Shown: one piece after another, positions 24,602 through 37,600 of the stretch
How positions within the stretch are numbered: the first letter of the stretch is position 1
How the letters are laid out: the number at the start of each line of letters is the position of its first letter
NCBI RefSeq assembly: GCF_000002075.1
Contig: NW_004797280.1
Span: 2,590,147 to 2,654,146 of the forward strand
DNA length: 64,000 nt
Source: Aplysia californica
Taxonomy: Eukaryota
Reading direction: 5' to 3'
Notes under the pieces: generated by a model
Databases searched by the model: none
Told to the model about the DNA's origin: nothing
The model's input: the letters and a program-made list of their open reading frames with translations, nothing else
Program-made: the position numbers and the translations under genes

Positions 24602-26573
24602 TTCATCTTATGTATAGTCGGTCTATCCATTAGTCTATATAACAGTATGCTCCAACTTATGAATGTCTATTCTATGCTCTAATAAAAATACTTTATGGAT
24701 TTGTGGGGAAAGAAAGAGTGTTTTTATCCATCTGCTTCACCGTTTCTTACTCTTTCATATCACAAAATTCACACATGTACTCCTTATACTGTTGCCCATT
24801 GAAGTTAACAAATCAGTGGTTTGATGGTCTCATTAAAAGCCAATAAAATCTGCCTGTAGCAGTGGTGTATTTTGTGTATAAAGGTGTATAATACAGATGA
24901 ATGAATGCTGTAACGAGTTATTCAAACTAGTCTTCTCATGAATACTGATGGGCAGGTTGTTGACATTGCCAAAAGGGATATACAAAGACACCTTTTCTGG
25001 CTGAAAATTTGTTTGCATATCTCATTTGTTATGGGTTTATTTCTCTGACATGAAGAATGTTGGTATTAAAAAATAGTGGCTTTGGTAAAATATTTTGAGA
25101 GACATTCTCGTGGGCCAACTTACTTTTTGTTCTTTTTTGATAAGGCAGTGTGAATAACTATCTAGATTTAAGCCCTAATCCCCAGTACACTTAAAATTGT
25201 TCTAGGCTTCTGAATTTGTCTGCTATGCATTGGAGTAAAAAAGGAACTAATTAACCCCACTTTCGTGATTCAGATGACCAAGGGTTTGTTATGATGAAGC
25301 TTGCAGGCCAGTGTCTTGATTGACTAATTTCTTTCCTTTTGGACATTTTGTGTGAAGAAATCCCTTAAAAAAAAAAAATGAAGCTTAAGGCTGTGAAGTC
25401 TATCACAGATTTGCGATATTGAATTGGGGCCACTTAGAATCAGGATTCTTGCAATATCATGTTATTTTTGTGTGGAACTTTTCTATTTTAAAAATCCATT
25501 ATTCTTGAAAATGTACTCTTCAGTCAATTTGCAGGGTTGAGGGGGGTATTATTCACCAGCTCAACTGGTATTTGCAGTAACATTTCAGTAAAGTAACATT
25601 TTCTCAAACTGACACTAGTGACAGTAGAATTTTAATTTTTAAAGATAAATTTGACAAGAACCACAAAATTCAATAGCTTTGTACTAAGTAGTATTTTACA
25701 ATAGGATAGACACAAAGCATTTCCAGTACGGGTAGCTCAATACTTTATATCCCCATGGCAACCTATGGTTACACCACCCCATTCAACAAGTGACATCTTT
25801 TTTTTCTTGTCCAATAACTATATACAGTGATGTCTGCTTAAATTGAAATCTGCAGGGCCGCCAGATTTTCTTTGGTTTAGCCATGTTTTCGGTTTAGAGA
25901 GATTGCTCAAACTGCAGAGAAAATAGCCGGGATTCTATTTTTCTTTTGGTTTACTGCTGTTTTTGGATTAACTTTTCTGTTTAACCTGACTCCACTGCAA
26001 CTTGACATCCTTTATCAGACTTCTTCATCGGGGAATTCTGGGTTAGTGTCAATCTTTAATCTTTCCAAGAGGATGAATTAGTGCATTGATGTACTACATT
26101 TTTGCATTTCTCACTTTAAAACTGGTCAGTACTAAAAGGACTTGGTCTTGATTTTTTCATCAAGATAAGTGATTGAAAATGTTGACCATTTCATATTTGA
26201 GAATTTGTATGCCTGCAGACACAATGAACAGCATAGGTATGTTCCTGTCGGTGTATGTGCTTGGCATGCCATTAGTCAGTACAAATCTTTTTGTTTCTAA
26301 AAGTGATGAGGTTAATTTCTTCTAGCTTGCTTATCCTTTATTTGTTGGGCAGTAGCTTTTGCCTTAAAATCTTATTCTTATGAATTTAGAAATGATATAG
26401 TTCGGATGCTACAGTCTATGAAATTTCTGAATGTAGTGAATGTTAATTTTTGGCCTTATTCCTACCATGGCAACATGCTTGCAAACAATATCAAAGAATA
26501 GTGACAAACTCTAAAAGCATGTCTCTCAGGGTGTGTGTGTGTGGAGGAGGAGGGTGCAAATGCTAGTTTTTGT

Positions 26574-26629
26574 TATGTATGTATGTATGTATGTATGTAT
26601 GTATGTATGTATGTATGTATGTATGTATG
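26574..26629. repeat. (TATG)n microsatellite
   Basis: Directly visible; in the probable MOB4 3' region. Confidence 0.95.
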
Positions 26630-29574
26630 AGTGGTCCAGTGATTTCATAATGATGCGTTAGTGACAAAGTGACAACAAAAACAGTGAGAATCTCAAGTTT
26701 ACTAGGTGTTTGTTATAATATAATCCCTTTTCTCCCTTTGCAAAAGAAATGCCTCTATTACCATATCACATGCATTTGGGAGAGCAACTGAAATAGCATA
26801 GAAGATGAAGATTTTTTTACACTGCTACTTATAGTTGAGCGGTATAATATTGCCCAAATGTTTTAATATTACCATTACAGTACTTAAGCAATGAGGTTGC
26901 AAAGAGGCCCATATTTTTGTGTAGCTTGTTTGGTGCCAAGCTGGTACAGTATTTAAATAAAAAAAAAGCAGTGCTACTCACTGTGCACAACAAGGAACTG
27001 ATGGAGGCAGCCAACTGCTTTGTAATAAATTATGGTTTGACATGCTTTCATTGTGAAGGCAGTGTTATGCATGGGTTTATTGTGTGGGCCATTAAGCTGG
27101 TAGATTGTGGCGATATGCTAGAAATAGATATAATAAAGCCAGTATCTTAGGTCAGGACAATTGTCAAAGGATACACTAAGAATGTAATAGTAGGTCTTAT
27201 TAAGTTTTTGCTCAACCTCGAGGCTTTCTAGTGCATTTTCTGATTTGAAAAAAGATGGGACATATGCTCGTCGTTGATGTGGTTTGTACGGATGAGTAAT
27301 GAGTTAGTGTTAGTTTCATCAGTTGCATAATGTATATGATCCTGTCTGTTCAAAAGGTTCACAAAAAAGTGAAACTTGACAAATGCAGCATTGGTGAGCT
27401 CAGTTCCTCTTCAGCGAGGCTAGTTACTTTCTAGAAGGATACAATAACGCAGTAATTAATGTCTTATGTAAATATGCTTTATTCTGCATTGATGTTTGAT
27501 ATAATGTCAGTATTCATGAATGCAGCAGTTGTACGACTTTGAGAAAAGGGTTGATAATGCAACCCAGTCTTCACTTTAAATTTAATGATGAGGAAATTAT
27601 TTCCAAGGGTCACATCGTACAGGACGAGGACGGCTGCATTGGGGTTATGGTAATTGTAGTCGCTTCTTAGAACAATGATGAAAGAGAAAGTCATGTATAG
27701 AACACAGGCTCGTTTTGATATTATTTTCTTTTGTAATGGTGGTAAGCAAGTTGGTAAAAATGGTATTATGTCTTCTGCGAGATGATTCATTGCTTGGGTG
27801 CGTATTCACGGAACATAAATGAAGTGTTCTATCCTTTTTGTTTATGTTGATGTTGCATGCTGTGTTTTAAAAAAAAATTCGATTTACTGTAGGTCGTTAT
27901 GATCAGTTTTGCAAACATGTGTTCTTATTTATGATTGTAAATAAAGTGAAATATTTGTACTTTATATTCCTTCATTTTTCTGTTTTGTTGTATGTTTTTG
28001 AAGAATTCAATTACCATATTTCGCAACAATTGAGGTATCTTATGGATTAACGCTTTCAGATGGTGGTCACCCAGTTTTGTCACACCCTAGTGTGTGGCCT
28101 CCTTTAGCAAGAATGCTAAAAAGTAAACTCTGTTTGGGGAAAAGACCATAAAAATTTTCTTCAAGTACATGACCCTCAAATTTTTACGTTTTCTTGTTTA
28201 GAAATGGTTTCTGCATATATTTATATAAATATTAGGTTGGGGGAAAAGTTTTGCATAAGAGTGCATGTATGTTGTGTGAAGTATCACTTTCATAACCATT
28301 TCCTGGTTCTTCATCACCTGAATTCATGGTGGAATGGTAGAAGGTTCTATCAATTTCAAAATGCCTGCTACAAAGTTGTAAAAGCTGAAATGCAAACAGT
28401 TTGTAAATGGAAGAGGAAGTTGCAAGTTCGTAATTCCACACAGATGATTTCCCTTCCTTTTTAGGGACAGAATTCTGTGTTTTAGCTCATGAGTAATATA
28501 CTCCTCTCGATCATGGGTATACTGGTGAACTCCATCCAATGAATTCATGATGTAATATCCGATCTCCGGCATACCAGCGATGAACATTTTGAAGATATCC
28601 CTCTGAGATAATAATAAAGTATTATCTTAACATCCGAAGGGGTTAACTGCTTTGAGTATTAAATAGGAAAGGAAGGGGGATTTATGAGGGGAGGTTAAAT
28701 TTGGTCACGTTTGTAAAAATTGTAGGATTTTTTTCTCAATTCATAGAGGCCCAAGCTCCCTTCACAAAGGGAGTTGATAAAAAGCAAAAGTACTGTCATC
28801 TCATGCAGGCAGATCTGACGTTTTTTTTCGAAGACTAAATGAAACGAAGAGCATAAACTGTGTGCTGACGTATACTGCCATGGAAGATGTTCATTATATC
28901 CTGAAGACTGAAAGCTGTGCCACACACTCCCCACCCCCAAAATGAGACGGACAAGTATAAATGATACAAATTTCAAAATTTCGAGGGACTTTTTAAGCCT
29001 TGCTTTTCTCCAAGGATGGCATCTATTCTATGACTTTGACTTATAATTGGTGTAACCAGTTTACCTATCTTTAGTATTACCTTTCAAGCTGTAGGGGACA
29101 CTCAGCATTACTGTTATTTTAACGAGCAAACTTCTGTCATTTTTAAAAAATGTTTTTCTTTTTCAATTACCTCCTTGCATCTAAATGATCTGAGGACAAC
29201 AGGGTTGTAAGTACAGTGGGCAACAACTCTATAGAAGGACTGCTGGGACCGAAGTGATATCCTTGTTTTTGCGGTGTCCTGTTACTGACAGGGGATCAAG
29301 CTTACAGTTACACACACTGTAACTGTAACTAATGATGAACAAGAGATTGTCTTTATTAAATAGACAACTCCCTGCCTGTTTATCAGTCTTTTTCAATCTA
29401 TATATTTTTTTCTCCTCATCTTTATTTTCCTTTTTCTAGCAGCTTAGTAATGCTAATAGTATCAGTGGTAACTAGACATGTGAAATGCATGGATAATAAT
29501 TGCATTTAATAGCTCCATGCTATACAGTCTTCAGCACACTTGGTGCACTTTTACTGTACGTTATTTAACATGTA

Positions 29575-30541
29575 CAGAGGAACTTAGAGTCAAATCGTTG
29601 GGCCTGATCTTCAATTTAGTTGAATCGGAGTATTCGTTAAAGCGATCATGAGGTTTTCGTGTAGATAATTACAGGCACGAAGCAAGTAATGTATAATGTA
29701 TGGTTTCTTGAATTGAAATCGAATTTAAAAGTAATTTGGTTTCGAATGAGAGACAGTTTTGTATCTTTGATTATTTTGATGCCATACTGAAGAAATGCTG
29801 GAAAATTCTAGGAAAATACACTGAACTCCTCCAGGTACACACTGTGAACAGGTCCGATTACATGTATTTCAAATGTACATCTCTGTCATCTATCATCTAT
29901 AATGAATCGTTAGCCGAACAAGTTATGTTGCTGTGTATAACATAGCATACAGCAACGTTTGATTCCACAGACCAGCATGCAATTCATTACGTATGTTAAG
30001 ACTATCATATCATTGTAGCATTGATTAGTAGCCAGGGTGAAAAATGATGGTGAATACTGTGGCATGTTTGTATCTCAACTGACTACTGATGTTCCACGCC
30101 GGAATCACTTGCGCCCCCTCCACCCAGTCACACGAACACATACGTGTGCTGGCTGCCCGTCCAACCCTGACACATGCAAAGACATGTGTGCGTGTCAACA
30201 ACGGGTGTGTTGGTATAAAAGAGAGCCACTGATTGGTCAGATAAGATGTAAACAATTGGCTAAGCGAATAATGGTTCATGATGGAGATGCCATGGATGGT
30301 TTCCAGGAAGAGATAAAGCTCGTTGCAGGAGAAAATGAGCAAAGCCGAGTCAGCAGGGAATGTTCACCCGGCAAGCGACTTTGTTGAATCCGAGCTTACT
30401 CTTTTTTATCTTCCTTGAAACTACGTTATTTTTATTGATTTTAATGAAGAAAAAAAAACATGGAGTTGGAGTCCATCGTTAAATTTAGTTAAATCCGAGT
30501 TTTCGTTGAATCCGAGTTTTCGTTGAATCTGAGTTCCACTG
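29575..30541. mobile_element. TA-flanked MITE family 2 (diverged copy, inverted relative to 57547-58341)
   Basis: CAGAGGAACT.. and ..GTTGAATCTGAGTTCCACTG + TA, with GTTGAATCCGAG subterminal repeats. Interior is the reverse complement of the 57547-58341 copy. Confidence 0.8.
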
Positions 30542-31923
30542 TATTTGCAATTGAATCACAATTGTTAGTAATGTTAAGAAAAGGAACACACACCCAAATC
30601 TTCTTCTAGTGCCAACTTTTCATTCATCAATCATGAAATTCCTGAGTACAGTACAAGTCTCACCACCATATGGGGAGGCAATATGGGAATGTCGAGCTAG
30701 ACCGAGATCACACTAGTCATTGACTGGATTTGCATCGACATCGGGAAGTGCATCCAGCTTCCCCCACTTCCCCTGCACACACAGTATGACAAAATGTGTA
30801 AGCTAAACAATCAGCTTAGGCCTACTGTGGATCACGGCAAGTGCAGTTCACCATGTTGGATGTTGTTTTCTTTCTTCATTAGTAGTCAATGACACACCAT
30901 AGTTATTGTTGAGCATGTCAGTCTCTGAATGCAAGCTGTAAAAGATTATTTTTGCTATACAATAGAAGAGATCGGACTCTTGGATTTTCTATAAAAGTTA
31001 TAAGTCTGCTGTTGCCAAAATCCTGCAATAACACTAACAGAGATAGTTATAAATGGGATCCACTGTACCTTTTCAAAGATTACAATGTCCAGCAGTGTGA
31101 AGCTTTAAAAAATAGAACTGACCATTCCGCTATTATTACACTGGAACTTTTAACTTTTTAGTTTTGTCTCCCACTTGTTGACTCACAGACCTTTAATATG
31201 GCTCTGCCCCTTTGTTGTTGCATGTACATGTTCGGATTTATGGGTTTTTTTCTTAAATATGAAAAAAAAGTAATGACAACAAGGATCAATATAAAAATAA
31301 ACATTGAAACTTTGAGAAAAGACATTAATTATGTAGGCCTACCTTTTGCTATCAATTCAAAACAAGTTTTTGATAAGTAAAAATTATAAAGAACAATTCA
31401 AAATGAAGGGAGAAAAACACTTTTCAATAATGACAGACACACACAAAAAAACTACACAAAGACCTATATATATAAATATATAGAAGTAAGTAAGCAAAGA
31501 AGACCCAGTGATCCAAGACAAGAAACATTTAGCATAATTATCTTCATTGTCACTTTTACTGATCGACCCAAATTCTAAGTCTGAATCATCTGTTGTAATC
31601 AATTTCAAAACAAAGCAGGCTGTACATCTCTGAGACGATATCACAAAATAGTGAAACTAGAAATTTCAATGTTTATAATTTTTTATTTTAAAGTGTCCTT
31701 TCTTCCAAGTAGCATCTGCTACCTTTTGTATTTAGAATGTCTGATTAAAAATATTTTGACACCATCTTCTACTTGAGAAACCATATGATATTATTTTATG
31801 TGTCCACATTTTCATTGATTACCCAAGTACTATTTTGAAGCTGGGTGAACTAAGAGGAAGAAAAATGACATGGATACAATGTCATACGTAGAACTGCTGG
31901 AAACTTAACCCTAGACATTACTA

Positions 31924-32713
31924 CAGTGGAATCCTGTTATAACGAGAGGGAGTGGACCGAAGCAAAATGTCCGTTATAGCAGGATTCTCGCTATAAGGGA
32001 TCCAGTAATAAATTCAAGGGAAACTGTAAAGTAGGCCTAATCTATTAGTTTGGTGTTCTGTTTTTTCTTTTGCTATCTCCCCCGATAATGATTTTGTTTC
32101 AACATGACCTCTAGGTCTTACTTGATCAAAAATCGAATCAGGTTTTTCTAGCGCTAGATCTAGCGATGTGGACTGACAGCTCGGCGTTGGCGATCAGAAA
32201 GAAAGGGTTCTGGGCTAACTTGCCTGCTGTGTTTTCCCCCCACCCCACCCTGTGGTGCTTTCTGTCTGCTTGCGCACGTCACACATTCGCTCCGTCCATC
32301 ACATTGCTGTGACCTCTCCATCCCCGCATCGGAGAAGTGAGAGGCATGGCAGGCCTTGATAATCTAAACTGGCCTATCACGCAATGCGTTCTGCTTGTCT
32401 GCACATGCCACACCCTCCCTACTCAGTTGCTCCGGCCTTCATTGTTGACGCACATGGGCTCTCCTATTCTTTGTTTCGAAAGATCAGCAACAAGTTTCTC
32501 AACTGGCAAGGTCTTGCATTATGTATAATTGGCCTATGCCATGTGCACAGCAGCAGCAATATTCCGCTATAACCGACTCACAAGTGTGTCTGATAGCGCT
32601 ATAGCAGTATTTTGTATACAAAGGTAAAAAGGAGAAAAAAATGGGGTTTTAGAATAGCGCCTTTATAACAGACTTCTCATTTTTTCCGGACTCGTTATAA
32701 GTGGACTCCACTG
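31924..32713. mobile_element. TA-flanked MITE family 3
   Basis: TA+CAGTGGAATCCTGTTATAACGAG ... CTCGTTATAAGTGGACTCCACTG+TA. Reverse-orientation paralogue at 63046-63833. Confidence 0.85.
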
Positions 32714-34647
32714 TACCACAGCTGGACTGTGTTTTTGCCCATGATGAGCAGAATTGTATATTGCTTCCAAAACTTAATTTTTGCTTGCCTATTCAGACAT
32801 GTGCCTCTTCTGATTGGCTGCAGAGCATGTTGTCTATACACATATTAATTATAATAATATGTGTTACATCATGGTGAAATCAGGTGCTCATCAAAATAAA
32901 GAAATATAAAAAAAGCAACATTTTTCACCCATTGAGCAATTTTTATCGAATTTTTTTAAAAGCTCAAAACCTTTTTTTAATGTGAATTTAATAAAAATTT
33001 AAGTGTGGATTTTACTGAAAAACATTTGATTGAAGGCACAAAAAGTATAAATTTACAATCTCTAAAACTAGAGCTAAAAGGAAGTCACCAAACTTTGGCA
33101 ACCATTTTCCTGCTAATTTTACCTATGACAACCCCACCTCCTTCAATTGCAGATATCTCAACTTCTATTCAAGTCAGAAGTGTATTCTTTTCAGCAAAAG
33201 CAAGATAAATGACCATGTTAAAAATGATACCAATAACTTAACATGCTAAAAAATTGATTAGTGCTTGATACCACCCTGTTGTGACACATATCAGCTGTTT
33301 AGTGTAAGAGTAATGTGTGTGTGCCTAAAATAAAGAAAGGTACCAAAAGTCCGGATTTTGACCATTTTAAGTTAAGACTTGTACCTTTAAAGGAAATTCA
33401 ATGCCGAACACAGGGGTCTTTGAATTTTTAAGATATCTCAAGTAGTTTTTGAGATACTGCACATTTTGCAAGGTAGGGTATAAAAATACCTGTATAATTT
33501 TGACTATTTTGAGAAAATGAGATTTTAAGTTTAACAAACGTGAGAACACATACAAATTTTAAGAAAAAATGACTTTTTAAATGTATTCATTCTTGGAAAA
33601 TTCATTTCCAATTTGGCATTCAGTTGACATCAATATCCTGAATGGAATTCAATGGTAAAACATAGCAGGGAAGAGAAAACGTGCTTCAAGAATAGAGTTT
33701 AACACCTTATAATAGCAGTTTTCATTATTTGTTTTTATTATACCCTAACCTCAAAATAATTTAAATAAAATATTTAGATGTCAAATAGGTGAAAACCTTT
33801 GGAGCACATTGTAAAAAAAATGGTGGATCTAGATCTATCATTTAAAAAAAATGGAAACACATTTTGGTCAAAAAAGTTATTTTTGTCATTATCAGTCAGC
33901 CTGTAGCTCGAAACATCTGGGGCGACTTTAGGTACCTTTCTCTTGGCGCCTACACATATGCCCGGAACAAACAATAGAAGTAAGAATCAGACAAAAACAC
34001 TTTTCAGTTATCTTTTTTAATAATACTGCATAAGTAACGTCTGAATTTGAAACATTTCATACATTTCATACAATAAAAATAGATCTACTTTATTGATCAA
34101 GTGGACTTGTCCTTTTCTGTGAAAAATGTTCCAAGTAGTGTCCAAATTTGCTTTCATAAATTTTAAGACAACCACCCTCCCTCAAAACTAAGCAAGTTTA
34201 TCTAAATTTGTTCCTTGACTGTGCAAATCTAAATCAAAAGTATCAATGATAGTTTGATACAGTTAAAAAAACAAACAAATATATATATATATAAAATAAA
34301 AACAGGTGTCTCACACTCACATGCAAACGAATTAGTTCTGTCTCCACTAAGTGCATATTACAGTACTTAATCAGTGAAAGTAATGAGTCTTAAGTCCTCT
34401 GGCATAGGAAATAATGGACTTTACACATAATTAAGCAAAAGTCAAATTTAATGGTATCAGCAGACATAGTAATTTTGAAAAAAAAATCTGAATAGCTAAT
34501 ACAGCATAATGGATAGCATTTAAGTCCTATGGTATTCCCATAGCAACATTCGATGCAATAAGAATTCTTAAAAAAAGCTAGAGAAACTGAACTCTTCTTT
34601 TAGCTTGATTGCAGTGTCTGTGTCCAAACATCCAGTCAGTTTTGCAT

Positions 34648-37600
34648 TCAAACAATTTTGTTGGTCAGAGTCCCAATATTTTCAATGCCAACTTCCACAA
34701 CATCTCCTCTCTGAAATGAGACAAAATGCATTGATATTTTAAATATTTGCTTTTAAGTATATAACGACTATTACATTTTACTCCAATACCAGCACTTCCT
34801 TTCATACACAACTGCATTCTCAACTTCAAATGAACCTGAAACACCCATGTTTCAAGTACCAAGGCAATATGTATGGAACTTCTAAATAAATTTACTGAAG
34901 TGAAAATGTTTCGATTAAAAAATCTCATTGGGTATATATACAGCATAATACAGTCTAGTACACAAAGTTAAATGAACTGGACACGGAAATCTTTTCCTTA
35001 TGAAGGAATTTCACTATAAATTTACAAGAAGTTGGACAATTGGGTCTATATTTGACATGAAGTATGCCCGCTATACCACACTAATGTATATATAATATAT
35101 ATATGCATTTTGGGTTCAGTTTATAGTCGCTTAGGTTAAGAATATAGATAGATTGATTAGTTAAAATCCACTTCTGCCGACTGTTGGCTGTGTCCCCATA
35201 ATTTCAAATGTGAAACGTTCCCAGGTCTTCCGTACAATCAAGAGGAAAAGAGCAAATGTAACCAAACACCAATGTTAATTCAATTCCTACTTTTAAATTG
35301 TAATTAAAGATTTTATATAGATGATAAAGTGCCTGTCCATTGGCACATAGAGTATGAAGTCCCATCCCTGAAATTATGTGTCAAGAGGGCTAAAAAGATT
35401 CTCTCATCTATCTATCCGCAGACATCTTTATTACATTATTGGTATCACCCTTGCCTTATTATAACGCAAAATTCTATTTCAAATTATTTTGGAGAAAACA
35501 ACAACTACATAATAGTGTCTAGCACACACACAACAAACATGCACATAGAATAAAAAACATATTTCGAACAGATTTTCAGGTCCCAACTTTTTTCTTATTA
35601 TATTCTTATATATTCAACCCACTCATTTAACGTAAATAATTCATACACAGTGACAAGAATTAGCATCAGCGAGGGTAGACAGTAGATCTAATTAATCACG
35701 ACCGCAAATTTCATTTGCCAAAGTACAGTCCATGCCAGCTTTAAGCATGGTCATCGGGAGAAAGCGTAAGCGTCCTTAATGCCGAAGCGTGCTTGAGTGC
35801 AAAGTAGACATAAACCAGAGATTTTCATCTAGAAAATTTCCTGTGCTATTTCCCTTTAAATTGTAAGTAGGCCTATACCGCCATGGTAGTTTTTGTTTGC
35901 TTGTTTCTTGTTTTTTTTGGTGGTCAAATGGGAAATGAAAAATGAATTTAGACGGCCAGTCACGATACAGCACGCTAAGCCTACACACTGCCTGTGCGTA
36001 CCACTGCCCGCTGTGCCACATTCATACCACTACCACCGCCTTCATCCCATCTCGCGCGTGATACACAATCAGGATTAATGGATAGCGAGGGTCAAAGGTG
36101 AAATCGCAGCCAGCCTCCCTTTCTCGTCACCACGACTCTCTTTGTATTTTTGTTTTGTCTGTGTGTAGCTTTGATCCTATATCCATGCGCGCGGCTGTGT
36201 GCATCTCTCTGTCTTCCTCTCCGCGTGTGTCAGTGTGTGTCTCGGTCAATTGCATTCTTTGTGTTTCTCTTAACACACTCACTGCTGCGGTTTAGACTGT
36301 GTTCGAACTTCGATGGGTCATTATAAAAGTATTGACTGTCTATTAAATGAAACGTGCCTGAAGCCGAAGTTGCCGTGTTTAAAGGCGTGTAATTTATATA
36401 GCAAAAATTTGGTAAGAGCCGTTTAGCGTGCTTGAGTCCGAAACGTGCTTAAAGCCGGCACGGACTGTATCCATAATAAGAGAAAGAGAGAGAGAGTGGA
36501 CACAGTTTGAGTGAAGGTCAATGACCTCTCTATAAGCCAAAGGTAATGGTGTAGACTAGTGTAGAGCAATGACAGGGCCAAGACAGTCCACAATGTGACA
36601 AGACCTAACAAAGAAATCTTTACGGTAGGTGGAAGAGAGGAGGGTTGAGATCCATCTCAGAACTAGATCTGGAGGCATATCTCAGACATATGAGGAACAG
36701 CTGACTTGAGGTAAAGAAGATCATCCAGAACAGAGATAGGCGACAATTCCTTATTGGCAGCCCATATATCCAATACTAAGGGAAAAGAGTCAGATGATCA
36801 CGATGAAGAACGATGTGGCCACAAGTCATAAAGTGTTCAGCAGTAGATGAAGACAGAATATATTTCAGTTATGTGAGGAAGAGTCTGCGGTCACGTGAAG
36901 GCACACAGGCCTATTTGGTATTGGTGCCATGTGTGACAGTGCGCTCTTCTTCAACAGAGATTTTACGCGTTGCACAGCTTGTCATCATTCTGCAAAGTTA
37001 GGTCTAGAAAAAGTTGCAGTATAGATTGGGCCATGGCGGAGCAAAAGAAGCAGTGTGCGTGAAAGATGAGGTGTGAAACACAACATGCTACAACTACAAA
37101 TTAATTTTTAAAATGTTATTTGCTATTGGTATCATTCTTGCACTACCTTGAGGAACTCTGGTGGCTTGCGGAAAACACCGACGCCAGGAGGAGTGCCAGT
37201 TAGGATTGTGTCGCCTGGTTTCAGGGTGAAAAATCTGTGAAGAAAGAAGCAGTTTCAGATGCAAATGATGTTCTGCAACCATTACTCAAACATACAAAAA
37301 AGATCTTACATAGGGAGTAAGCACACAATGAAATGATGAAATAAAATTAAACGCACTTTATTACAACAAAGTAAGAAGAATCAGCATCTAGAGCATCAAA
37401 CAACTGAGATTTTAAAATTCTAGCACCATGAGTACATATATACAGTACAGTCAAACCTGTGTAAAATGGCCAACCATTGTCAAGGAGAAAAGTGGCCATA
37501 TAACACAGGTGGCCATTTTAGGCAGGACTGATTAAATGAAGAAAGCAAACCATTCTCCTCGGAGGTCCAAACCGGGGCTGATCTCAGGCTTTGGACTGCC

